A stretch of 64,000 bases of DNA from an uncultured Acidobacteriota bacterium (GTDB lineage Bacteria; Acidobacteriota; Thermoanaerobaculia; Multivoradales; SZUA-115), in contig CAWDVR010000001.1 of the NCBI GenBank assembly GCA_963805975.1, forward strand, positions 992,001 through 1,056,000. The letters run 5' to 3'. Made by a program: the position numbers and the translations under genes. Positions 1 through 8,507 of this stretch are shown here, piece by piece (position 1 is the first letter of the stretch; each line of letters opens with the position of its first letter). The notes beneath the pieces are model-generated. The model was not told where the DNA came from. It made no database searches and saw only the letters and a list, made by a program, of their open reading frames with translations.

Positions 1-479
1 GAAGCGGCGAGAGCGGTGGTGGCGTGGCCGGGGATGGTGATGCGACCGACCTGGCCGACGGCCGGGCGGGTCGAGTCGAGGGTCACGTGAACGCGACCGA
101 ACACCTTGCTGTTGCCGACGAGGTCCATCGCCACGAACTGCGTGTCGGTGACCGCGGTGGCCCACTTGTCGGTGGTCGGCTTGCCGTGGGTGACGGCGAT
201 CCAGCCGGTCAGCTCGACAGTGTCCTCACCGATGCCGTCGATGGTGTAGCTCTCGTCGAGCTGCACGCGCATCACGTCGACGCCGGGCTTGGGAAGGGTG
301 TAGGGCTGCGGCGGGATGGCTTCCAGGCTCGCGAGCTGCACCTGCGAGAGGGAGTTCATCTCGTTGACCAGCGCTGCGACGACGAGCTGGTCGGAGTTGC
401 CGGCGCTGACGCCGACGGCGGCAATGCCCGCCACCAGCACGAGAGCGGCGGCGATCAGCCAACGCGTACGGATCTTCAT
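1..479 (-). CDS. Secreted protein of unknown function, 3' end beyond the window edge (DUF6073-like from memory, tentative)
   Basis: Missing from the ORF track because it has no stop in the window. Hand translation from ATG 479 (RBS GAGGAGGAAG at 481-490): MKIRTRWLIAAALVLVAGIAAVGVSAGNSDQ...PYTLPKPGVDVMRVQLDESYTIDGIGEDTVELTGWIAVTHGKPTTDKWATAVTDTQFVAMDLVGNSKVFGRVHVTLDSTRPAVGQVGRITIPG. Sec-type signal peptide, GC3-rich codons, beta-strand-like patterning. Confidence 0.85.
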   Translation of the reverse strand, partial: MKIRTRWLIAAALVLVAGIAAVGVSAGNSDQLVVAALVNEMNSLSQVQLASLEAIPPQPYTLPKPGVDVMRVQLDESYTIDGIGEDTVELTGWIAVTHGKPTTDKWATAVTDTQFVAMDLVGNSKVFGRVHVTLDSTRPAVGQVGRITIPGHATTALAA

Positions 480-502
480 TCTTCCTCCTCGAAACATGTG
501 TT

Positions 503-2392
503 TCACATTCGCCCCGGTGCCGGCCTATCCGGTAGCGGGCGAGTCTGGGACTGGAGCAGATCGGGAAGGCCGTCGCCGTTGGCGTCGGCGAGCGCCGGCA
601 GCAGCTCGCCGTACGCTTCCGCGCGATTCACCATCTCGTAGGAGAAGTACTCGTCGCCGTCCGGCCCCCGCACCTTGCCGCGGTAGGCCGGGGGCACCCG
701 GAAGAGCAGCTCGGGCTGGAAGCGCTCGGGCCCCGTGTCCCGGCCCGCCACCTGGTAGCGATCGCGGACCGCGCCGTCACCGTCGAGGTCGGCGGGCAGC
801 ACGTCCGGCTGGTAGAGGACCAGCGAGCGCAGGAAGGCGAGGAGGGCCCGGCGATCCTCCTCGGGCGCGGCACGGTAGGCGGCAGAGGAGGTCTCCGCCG
901 CGCCGCCGTGGCGGCGGATCACGTCGTCGAGCGTCGGGCTCTTGCCGTCGTGACCGTAGGGTGCAGTGGAGCCTACTCCCCACAGTGGCGGCGTACGGTA
1001 GCGCTTGAGCACGAAGAACCTCCCCTGGAAGTGATAGTGCTCGTAGAAGCGCTCACCGAGATCATGGTGGCGAAAATCGCTGAAAATATCTTTCACCAGG
1101 AACGCCTCGCGCCTGGGCTCGACGAGCACGGTGCCGTCTTCCCGCCGCACGGCCCGGGTCAGCGGCCGGAGCTTCCCCTCCAGGCGGTGCCGCTCCGGCT
1201 GGTAGGCGACCTCGAGGTCGAAGAAGCGGCGGTCGCCGGGCAGTCCGGCGGCCGGATCGGCGGCACGGATCTGCCAGCTCTCCGTGTGGCAGGCGGCGCA
1301 GCCCATGGTGCCGAGCAGGGCGCGCCCGCGCTGCGTCTCGTCGTCCTGCGCGCCGAGGGCCGGCGCCGGGTGGTTCAGCAGGTACCACTCCACGAGGTCG
1401 ATCTCGCCCTGGCCCATGGTGCCCGGGGTGTTCGGTTGCATGCGGGCCAGCGCTTCGAGCGTGCTCCCCTGGAGCTCGGGGTTGGGCTGCAGCGCGCCGG
1501 CGTTCGAGGTGCCGGCCCAGGCCAGCTCCGGCGCCCGCCGGGCCGCGGGACCGACGCCCCAGAGCAGCGTGGGATCGTCGGGAGCCACACCCATCACGGT
1601 GAGCAGCGCGCCGTTCTGAAACAGGCGGATGGTGGGCACCTGATGGTCGCCGGCCGAGGAGGAGAAGATCGCGAAGGAAACGTCGAACCCCGCGACACCG
1701 GGGTCTCCCAGCCGCGCCGGCCGGCCCTCCGGGCCGCGGCGCACGGTGCGGCCGCCGGCATCGACGTAGATGGCCTGCGCTACGGGGTTGAGGTCGGGAC
1801 GGCGGTCGCCGTCCTCGTCGGCGAGCGAGCCGAAGTCCACTGTGGCGCCGGCTGTCGCCGCGAAGACGGCCCGCTTGCCCGTGGTCTCCGCCGGCACGTC
1901 GAGGAATCCGTTGCGGTTGGTGTCGTGCGCGGCCAAGAGCTCGGCTCGCATCTGCTGCGCGAGGATCTCCATCAGGCCGGCGCCGAAGAGGTGCGGCGTG
2001 TTGCGGCCGAAGCCCGCCGGCTCGGCGGTGTTGCCGCCCGCGCCCGGCGAGCGGAACGGCAGGTTGTGGCACATCCCGCACGAGGTGGTGGTGGCGGCCA
2101 CGAAGTGCTCGGTGACGTTGGTGAAGACCCCCTCGTCCTTGCCCCACTCGTGGAAGAAGTACGAGCGGCCCCGCTGGTAGGCGAGCCACGGGTCGGCCTG
2201 CTGCAGGTGCATGGAGGTGCCCGCGAGGTCCGGCGTCGCCGAGTGCATCACCCGCACCCGCTTCTCCCGCAGCGACAGCCCCGAGGGATCGTCGGGGCGC
2301 ACCGAGATCTGGGCCACCGCCGCGGCGGCGGACGCCAGGGCCACAGCCAGGGCGGCGGCGCTAGGGCGTGTTCTGCGCATGCTGGGGCGCAT
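503..2392 (-). CDS. Di-heme c oxidoreductase (DHOR-like, bacterial cytochrome c peroxidase superfamily), copy A
   Basis: Signal peptide; two CxxCH motifs (SCGMCH, CAACH); RNTPHLFGAGL, SDFRHHDLG and RTPPLWGVGSTAPYGHDG...HGG motifs; several DxDxDG-type loops. Start moved to ATG 2392 with GGAGG upstream. Confidence 0.8.
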   Translation of the reverse strand: MRPSMRRTRPSAAALAVALASAAAAVAQISVRPDDPSGLSLREKRVRVMHSATPDLAGTSMHLQQADPWLAYQRGRSYFFHEWGKDEGVFTNVTEHFVAATTTSCGMCHNLPFRSPGAGGNTAEPAGFGRNTPHLFGAGLMEILAQQMRAELLAAHDTNRNGFLDVPAETTGKRAVFAATAGATVDFGSLADEDGDRRPDLNPVAQAIYVDAGGRTVRRGPEGRPARLGDPGVAGFDVSFAIFSSSAGDHQVPTIRLFQNGALLTVMGVAPDDPTLLWGVGPAARRAPELAWAGTSNAGALQPNPELQGSTLEALARMQPNTPGTMGQGEIDLVEWYLLNHPAPALGAQDDETQRGRALLGTMGCAACHTESWQIRAADPAAGLPGDRRFFDLEVAYQPERHRLEGKLRPLTRAVRREDGTVLVEPRREAFLVKDIFSDFRHHDLGERFYEHYHFQGRFFVLKRYRTPPLWGVGSTAPYGHDGKSPTLDDVIRRHGGAAETSSAAYRAAPEEDRRALLAFLRSLVLYQPDVLPADLDGDGAVRDRYQVAGRDTGPERFQPELLFRVPPAYRGKVRGPDGDEYFSYEMVNRAEAYGELLPALADANGDGLPDLLQSQTRPLPDRPAPGRM

Positions 2393-4346
2393 CGGTGCCT
2401 CCGATCCCGGACTGCTGCGGCAGCGGGTCGACGATGTCGGGGAAGCCATCCCGGTCGGTGTCCCGGCGCTGGGCGAGGCCCAGCCCGAAGACCTCTTCGA
2501 CGTTCTCGATCAACATCAGCGGTCGCGACACGCCGGCTGAGTCCATGGCCTCTTTGAGATGCTTGTAACGCGGCGGGTGGGACACCAGGAAGCGCGCGTC
2601 GAAGCGCTCGTAACCCACGTCCTGGCCGGCCACCAGGAAACGCTCGGCCAGACGGCCGTCACCGTCGACGTCGGCCGGGATCTCGTCGGTCGAATAGAGC
2701 ACCAGCGACTCGAGGTAGGCGAGCAGGCGGTGGCGCTCGGCCGCCGGCAGCGCCCCGTAGGCCGCGGCCTCTGGAGCGGCCTCGCCGCCGTGCGCCCGGA
2801 TCACTTCGTCGAGGGTGGCGAAGCGACCGCTGTGACCGTAGGGCGCGGTCGAACCGACGCCCCAGAGCGGGGTCGTCCGGTGCTCGCGCTGGAGAGAGCC
2901 GTCGAAGCGCCGCTCCCAGAGCTCGGGTCCCAGGTCCCACTGTTTGAAGTCGGTGTAGAGCCGCGACACCTCGAAGGCCTCGCCCCTGGGCAGGCGCTCG
3001 CCCGAGGGCAGCTCACGGTCCAGCCGCACCAGCCGTCCGCTGAGAGCCGGCCGGCCGTCGGCACCGAGGGTGGTGCGGGTCTCGAGGTGGAAGTGCCGGC
3101 GATCACCGGCCCAGCCCCGGCTATCGTCGCGGGCCTCGAGGCGCCAGCTCTCGACGTGACAGCGTTCGCAGCCGGCGGCGAACAGCGCCGAGCGGCCGGA
3201 CTCGCTGAGTGGGGTCGCCAGCACCGCCGGCGCCGGCCCGTGCAGCATGGCGTGCTCGACGGCGTCGACGTCGCCTTCCGACAGCTCGTTGGGGAAGCCG
3301 TCACCGTCCGGGTCGTCGAGGGACAGGCCGCCGGGCGTGAGCTTCCTGCCGAGGTCTGTCGAGCCGCCGAGGTCGAACTGCTGCGCGCCGGCGAGCGAGC
3401 GCCGCGCCAGGCCGCCGCGCACCGGGAGCTGCGTCGGGTCGTAGGTCTGCAACCCCATGTGGACGTCGGCGGCGCCGGTATAGAAGCCGCGGAGCGTCGA
3501 GGCCTCGCCGCCCTCGGCGACGCGGCGTCCGGCGAGGAGCCGTGTGCCGCGGCCCCAGCCGAAGGGTTGGGCGGCGAAGCTGAAGCCCGCGACCCGCGGG
3601 TCGGTGAGGCTCACCGCGTCGGCCACCAGCTCGCCCCGGGCGTCGACGTACCAGACCCGGAACAGCGGGTTGAGGCGTGGCACGCCGTCGGTGCCCGGCG
3701 ACAGGTCGCCGTAGTCGATCTCGGGGGTGCCGGGCTCGGGCCGCACGCGCACCGGCGAGGGCGAGGCCACCTCGGCGCGCGCCAACACGCCGTCGCGGTT
3801 CCGGTCGTAGGTGGAGAGGATCTGGCTGCGGATCTGCTCGCCCAGCATCTCGATCAGGCCGGCACCGAAGAAGTGCGGCGTGTTGCGGCCCTCCCCGCCG
3901 GTCGAGCCGATGCTCTGACCGGCCCCCGGCTCGCGGTAGGGGATGGAGTGGCAGAACCCGCAGCTCGCCGTGTGGTCGCGGGTGAAGCGCGACGAGCCGC
4001 CGTGGGTCACCGGCTCCTGGCGGTCCACGTAGAGCGGCACGCTGTGCTCGCCGCTCCGGCCGTAGACGCCGTGCGAGGGCCGGAACTGGCGGTTCACCAG
4101 GTCGCGCCCGAGCTGGTAGAGGAGGAAGGGGTCGTCGTTGGCGAGCTGGGCCGTGGTCCCGGCCAGGGTGCGGTCGCGAGAGTGGACGAGGTGAACCAGG
4201 GGGTAGGGGATCGAGACCCCCGTGGGGTCGTTGGCGCTCTCCGCCACCTGTGCCGCGGCCGGTCCCAGCACGGCGACGAGCGCGGTGACCGCTGCCGCCG
4301 CGAGCAGGGCCAGCGCCAGGCTACCCGTGAGGCGCGGACGACTCAT
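2361..4346 (-). CDS. Di-heme c oxidoreductase (DHOR-like), copy B, paralog of 503-2392
   Basis: Real start MSRPRLTGSLALALL at ATG 4346, ATGA overlap with the upstream stop. Signal peptide; SCGFCH and CERCH; RNTPHFFGAGL; RTTPLWGVGSTAPYGHSG; DxDxDG loops. Confidence 0.8.
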   Translation of the reverse strand: MSRPRLTGSLALALLAAAAVTALVAVLGPAAAQVAESANDPTGVSIPYPLVHLVHSRDRTLAGTTAQLANDDPFLLYQLGRDLVNRQFRPSHGVYGRSGEHSVPLYVDRQEPVTHGGSSRFTRDHTASCGFCHSIPYREPGAGQSIGSTGGEGRNTPHFFGAGLIEMLGEQIRSQILSTYDRNRDGVLARAEVASPSPVRVRPEPGTPEIDYGDLSPGTDGVPRLNPLFRVWYVDARGELVADAVSLTDPRVAGFSFAAQPFGWGRGTRLLAGRRVAEGGEASTLRGFYTGAADVHMGLQTYDPTQLPVRGGLARRSLAGAQQFDLGGSTDLGRKLTPGGLSLDDPDGDGFPNELSEGDVDAVEHAMLHGPAPAVLATPLSESGRSALFAAGCERCHVESWRLEARDDSRGWAGDRRHFHLETRTTLGADGRPALSGRLVRLDRELPSGERLPRGEAFEVSRLYTDFKQWDLGPELWERRFDGSLQREHRTTPLWGVGSTAPYGHSGRFATLDEVIRAHGGEAAPEAAAYGALPAAERHRLLAYLESLVLYSTDEIPADVDGDGRLAERFLVAGQDVGYERFDARFLVSHPPRYKHLKEAMDSAGVSRPLMLIENVEEVFGLGLAQRRDTDRDGFPDIVDPLPQQSGIGGTDAPQHAQNTP

Positions 4347-5206
4347 CGCCGGCCTCCCGCCGCGACGCTCGCCGGCAGCGCCGTCACCACGTCGATCAGC
4401 GTCGGCAGGGCCGCCGGCTCGAAGAGCGCCGCCCCAGCCGGCGTATAGCCGGGCCGGAAGTCCTCGAGGCTGAGCACCGAGGAGTGGCCGTCCGCCCCCT
4501 CCATCACCATCCGGGTCTCGGTCCAGGCGCCATCTACCTGCTCGACACCTTCGACCCGCATGCGCTTCGCCACCGCGGCCGGCTGGCCGCCCGCGGCCGG
4601 CCGCAGGTGATCGACGCCCAGGAGAAGGGGCGGGCTCGCGGACAGGTAGTAACGGGAGACGAGCTGCGGGCCGGAGACGGGCTCGGGCGTCGCCTCGACG
4701 ATCCACGCCTCGCGGCCGAGGAGAGTCTCGCGGCCCAGAGTCTTGAAGCGAAAGCCGCGGGTGGGGAGCCGCATGCGCAGGTCGCGGTAGCCGAAGTCCG
4801 AGCCCAGGAGGCCCTGGTCGAAGTGGCTCGGCGCCACGGTCAGCACCCGCCGCTCGCCGGCCGGCAGATGGAGGAAGACCTTCATGCCTTCGGGCGCGCT
4901 CGGGTCCTCGACCAGCAGGTAGTTGGTGCCGCGGAGGCCGGCCGGCTCGGTGAGCACGAAGACAGTGCGCACCACGGCACCGTCCTGCCGCCAGAGATTG
5001 GTGACCTCGAAGCTGCGGGTCACCTTGGCGCCGGACCTGAGCTCGAGCCGGACCAGGCGGCGGCCGGGGTTGCCGAAGTTCCGGCTGTTGTAGGAGGCGA
5101 TCAGGCGTGCAGGGTCGGGAGGCGCCGCTGCGGTGCCGGCAGCGGCGGCGGGCACAGCGCAGAGCGAGAAGAGGACCGAGGCGAGTAGGGCGGCGACAGC
5201 CAGCAT
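4343..5206 (-). CDS. Outer membrane lipoprotein-sorting (LolA-like) periplasmic protein
   Basis: Signal peptide MLAVAALLASVLFSLCAVPAAAAG; family pattern FVLTEPAGLRGTNYLL...FLHLPAGERRV...LLGSDFGYRDL; adjacent to an MMPL transporter as is usual for this family. Start codon (ATG 5206) somewhat uncertain. Confidence 0.75.
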   Translation of the reverse strand: MLAVAALLASVLFSLCAVPAAAAGTAAAPPDPARLIASYNSRNFGNPGRRLVRLELRSGAKVTRSFEVTNLWRQDGAVVRTVFVLTEPAGLRGTNYLLVEDPSAPEGMKVFLHLPAGERRVLTVAPSHFDQGLLGSDFGYRDLRMRLPTRGFRFKTLGRETLLGREAWIVEATPEPVSGPQLVSRYYLSASPPLLLGVDHLRPAAGGQPAAVAKRMRVEGVEQVDGAWTETRMVMEGADGHSSVLSLEDFRPGYTPAGAALFEPAALPTLIDVVTALPASVAAGGRR

Positions 5207-5302
5207 GCTCGGGCTCTTCCCGTCTCCTTTCGCGCCGGCAGCGCGGCGGCGCCTCGTACACTTCGCTTGCTGTTGTTCCAACTTCTTCTTGTAGTTGGGT
5301 CC

Positions 5303-5318
5303 AGCAAAGAGGGTGCCA
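5303..5318 (-). promoter_or_regulatory. sigma54 (-24/-12) promoter for the lolA-like/di-heme/secreted-protein unit
   Basis: Minus strand reads TGGCACCCTCTTTGCT, matching TGGCAC-N5-TTGCW exactly, in the ~190-bp lower-GC intergenic gap. Confidence 0.85.
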
Positions 5319-5368
5319 GCGGCATGCACCGAAATTGGGCACCTCCCGGCGGATCGCGGTGTGATTTC

Positions 5369-5406
5369 GAGTATCGCCTTACCCGGCATCGCGTACCCCA
5401 TTACTC
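5369..5406. promoter_or_regulatory. Paired imperfect palindromes, candidate upstream activator sequences
   Basis: GAGTATCGCCTTACCC (5369-5384) and GCGTACCCCATTACTC (5391-5406), approximating GRGTAA-N4-TTACYC, 22 bp apart, about 84 and 106 bp upstream of the inferred sigma54 start. The second overlaps the MMPL stop codon. Confidence 0.5.
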
Positions 5407-7797
5407 AGCTCCCCACCTGCGAAGAGCTACCCGTTCCGCCGCCGGGAGGATGCTGTCCGCGGGCGCCGCCAGGAGGATCGCCGGCACCACCAGCAGCGTC
5501 ATCGCCGCCGAGACCGTGAGGCTGAGGCAGACGAGCAGCGCGAGCTGCAGGTTGGGCAGCACCTGCGAGAAGCCCAGCACGGCGAGGCCGGAGCAGATGG
5601 CGAGCGAGCTCTTGAGGATCGCGGGTGCCGTGTTCTCGAAGGCGGAGCGGATCGCCGGGCCGCGCGCCAGGCCCGCGCCCAGCCGTTCGCGGTAGCGGGC
5701 CACCAGGTGGATCGAGTAGTCGACTCCGATGCCCAGCGCGACGGCGGCGAACATCGAGTTGGCAATGCCCAAGGGCGTGCCGCTCGCAGCCAGCAGGGCG
5801 AACACCAGGAGGACCGAGACCACGATCGGCGCGAGCGCCAGGAGGGTGGTCGACAGGGAGCGGAAGAGCAGCCAGAGCAGGAAGGCGTTGGCGAGGAGAG
5901 CGAGCCCCACCGACTTCACCTGTCCCGCCACCAGGAGCTCGACCGCGAGGTAGCTGATCCAGCCGTCGCCGAACGGCGTGACCTCGAAGCCGCCGGCGCC
6001 GCTGCGGGCCGCCGCCAGGATGCCGCCGATGCGGGCGTAGCTCGCCTCGTTGACGAAGACCGTCAGCCGGGTCCGGCCGTGGGTCTCCTCGATGCGCTCG
6101 CCGAGCGGCGAGCTGCGGAGAGTGGCGAGCATGAGGAGCGAGCGCTCGACGGCGGTCGGCGAGAGGCTGGCGCGGCCGGCCGCGAGGTCGCTGCGCAAAG
6201 CGTGGTACGACACGCCCGCGAGGGCCGCCTCGGTGCGCACCACGTCGTCGAACACGCTCGCCACCGCACCCACGTGCGGCTGGCTCGCCAGCAGGTCTTC
6301 CAGGCGGCCGAGCGCGGCCAGCTCGCCAGGATCGACGAAGCCCCGCGGGTGGCGGCTCGCCACCAGCAGCTCGACGCGCGTGGTGCCGGCCATCCGCTGG
6401 TTCAAGGCCCGGTCGCCGGCGGCGATGTCACTGCTCGGCGGTAGGTTGCGGACCCAGTTGTCCTCGATCGAGAGCCGGCTGGCGGCGACCGCGAAGGCGG
6501 CGACCGCGAGCGCTGCGAGGCAGGCCAGCAGCCGGCGGGGGCCGAAGCGGGCGATGCGCTCGAAGAACCTGCCGCTCCAGGCCGGCGCTCCAGGCTCCGC
6601 GGCGTCGCCCGACGCGTCTCGCGGCTGGGGCCGGATCAGGCAGAGGAGCGCCGGCACCAGGGTGAAGGTCGAGACCGTGGAGACCAGGATGGCGAACGCG
6701 CCGTAGAGCCCGAAGATGCGTTGCGGCTCGAGCGGCGTGACCAGGAGCGAGAGCAGCCCGACGACGGTGGTGAGCGCGGTGAGCGCGATCGGCCGGGCGA
6801 CCGCGGTGAAGCTCTCGAGCACCACCTGGCCGGTGGGTGTACCGGGCGACGCCCGCGCCAGGCGAAAGAAGTTGTTGAGCGCGTAGACGTCGTCCGAGAC
6901 GCCGATCGCGATCAGGATCACCGGCAGCACCAGGGTGGTCACGAAGACCGCCTCGCCCACCAGGCCCATCAGGCCGGCGGTGAGCACCAGGCTGGCACCG
7001 ATCTCGGCCAGGGAGACCAGCGCTGGCACCGGATGGCGAAAGACCAGGACCAGCACCAGGGCGAGCACGCCGATCACCGCCGGCACCAGCCGCAGCAGGT
7101 CGCCGGCCGCCGCCAGGCCGAGGACGGCCTGGGCGAGGGCAGTCCCGGAGAGGAAGACCTGGACCTCGTCGGAGGGCGCCCCGGCGGAAGCGGCATCGCC
7201 CGCCGGCCGCGCGGCCAGCCGCCGCCGCACCTCGCTCAGCACGGCGTAGCGGTCGGCGCCGTCCTCCACCTCGGCATAGATCGCCGACGTGCGGCCATCG
7301 CGGGCGACCAGCACGCCGTCGTCGAGGCCCAGGGCCGCGGTCTCGCGGCGCAACTGCGCGATGGTCTCGGGCGTCGGCTCTCGCGGGGGCGCCAGGAGCG
7401 GTGTCAGGTCGAGGGTCTCGTCGGTGATCGCCAGCCGGGGGAGCGTCGTCAGGCTCACCACCGAGTCCGGCCGGATGCCGGGCACGGCGGCGAGATCGGC
7501 AGAGAGGGTCTGGATCAGGGCCAGCGCTCCGGCGGAGTAGACGCCCTCGGCCGCGTCCCTGGCGACCCCCACCACCACGACGTCGCGCAGGTGGAAGAGG
7601 CGGGCGGCCTGGTCGCTCGCCGCCAGCCCCGAGTGCCCGGCCGGGATCAGCGAACGGCCGTCGAGCTTGAGGCGGACGCCGGGCAGCACGGCGAGCGAGC
7701 CCAGGGCGAGCACCGCGGCGGTGCCCACCACCCAGCGCGGGCGCCGCACCGAGAAGGAGAGCAGCGCGAGGAGAGCGGCCAGGCCCAGTCGGCTCAA
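5401..7797 (-). CDS. MMPL/RND family transporter
   Basis: Two repeats of TM + large periplasmic loop + 5 TM; motifs AIGVSDDVY and LGIGVDYSIH. Likely TTG start at 7797 after GGAGGA. Confidence 0.88.
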   Translation of the reverse strand: MSRLGLAALLALLSFSVRRPRWVVGTAAVLALGSLAVLPGVRLKLDGRSLIPAGHSGLAASDQAARLFHLRDVVVVGVARDAAEGVYSAGALALIQTLSADLAAVPGIRPDSVVSLTTLPRLAITDETLDLTPLLAPPREPTPETIAQLRRETAALGLDDGVLVARDGRTSAIYAEVEDGADRYAVLSEVRRRLAARPAGDAASAGAPSDEVQVFLSGTALAQAVLGLAAAGDLLRLVPAVIGVLALVLVLVFRHPVPALVSLAEIGASLVLTAGLMGLVGEAVFVTTLVLPVILIAIGVSDDVYALNNFFRLARASPGTPTGQVVLESFTAVARPIALTALTTVVGLLSLLVTPLEPQRIFGLYGAFAILVSTVSTFTLVPALLCLIRPQPRDASGDAAEPGAPAWSGRFFERIARFGPRRLLACLAALAVAAFAVAASRLSIEDNWVRNLPPSSDIAAGDRALNQRMAGTTRVELLVASRHPRGFVDPGELAALGRLEDLLASQPHVGAVASVFDDVVRTEAALAGVSYHALRSDLAAGRASLSPTAVERSLLMLATLRSSPLGERIEETHGRTRLTVFVNEASYARIGGILAAARSGAGGFEVTPFGDGWISYLAVELLVAGQVKSVGLALLANAFLLWLLFRSLSTTLLALAPIVVSVLLVFALLAASGTPLGIANSMFAAVALGIGVDYSIHLVARYRERLGAGLARGPAIRSAFENTAPAILKSSLAICSGLAVLGFSQVLPNLQLALLVCLSLTVSAAMTLLVVPAILLAAPADSILPAAERVALRRWGAE

Positions 7798-7810
7798 GGG
7801 ATTCCTCCGT

Positions 7811-8455
7811 TCATCGTGCCGCGCGGTGGAGCTCGGTCGCGAGCCGCGCCTCCTCGTCCTGGGACGGCGTCGCCGGCGGGTTGAGGCGGGCGCAGTAGAC
7901 CTGGAGCGAATCGAGCACCGCCCGCCAGGCACCCTTGAAGAAGACGTGGGCGATCTCCCAGCCACCGCCGGTGCCGAAGCCGTGGTGCACCAGCTCGACC
8001 AGGGTCTTGCCCTTCTGGCCTGCGACCGGCGTGAGCGTCACCTCGACCCAGGTGGGCAGCGGCGTGACGTTCATCTCTTTCATGCTCGCCCGGCCCCGCC
8101 ACTCGAAGGCCAGGAAGGCGCCGGGATCGAGCGCCAGGATGCGGGCGCCCTTGGTGCCTTCGAGCACGCCCTCGGGATCGCCCTGGGGATCGAACAGCAC
8201 TTCGTAGCGGCCGCCCACCACCGGGTCGATGCGCGCTCCCGGGGCGAAGAAGTTGCGCAGCCCTGCCGGCGACAGCCACAGCTCGTAGGTCGCCTGCGGC
8301 GCGGTGTCGACGATCGTCTGGACCTCGATCGAGCGCTCGGTGCGGATCTTGCCGGCCCACAGCTCCTCACGCGCCGGGGCCGGCGGCTGCGCCGCGAGCG
8401 GCAGAGAGGCGCCGAGGAAGAGGAGTGCGAGCACCGTCCGTGGGGTGGCTTTCAT
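7811..8455 (-). CDS. Secreted SRPBCC/AHSA1 (START-fold) domain protein
   Basis: Signal peptide MKATPRTVLALLFLGASLPLAA; pattern IDPVVGGRYEVLF...ILALDPGAFLAFEW...VEVTLTP...TLVELVHHGF...W..VLDSL; RBS GGAGGA. Confidence 0.8.
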   Translation of the reverse strand: MKATPRTVLALLFLGASLPLAAQPPAPAREELWAGKIRTERSIEVQTIVDTAPQATYELWLSPAGLRNFFAPGARIDPVVGGRYEVLFDPQGDPEGVLEGTKGARILALDPGAFLAFEWRGRASMKEMNVTPLPTWVEVTLTPVAGQKGKTLVELVHHGFGTGGGWEIAHVFFKGAWRAVLDSLQVYCARLNPPATPSQDEEARLATELHRAAR

Positions 8456-8507
8456 GGCAATTCCTCCGGGCATTGCAGTTCTTTCGGCATTCAGAGCGTG
8501 AAGCGCC

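Noticed and set aside
2361-5342. 993-aa ORF suggesting a long N-terminal extension on di-heme copy B
   Set aside because: The first ~330 aa overlap the LolA-like gene in another frame; signal peptide, RBS and ATGA coupling place the start at 4346.
8456-8507. Third sigma54 promoter before the SRPBCC gene
   Set aside because: A TGCA is present but the -24 GG at the correct spacing is missing.
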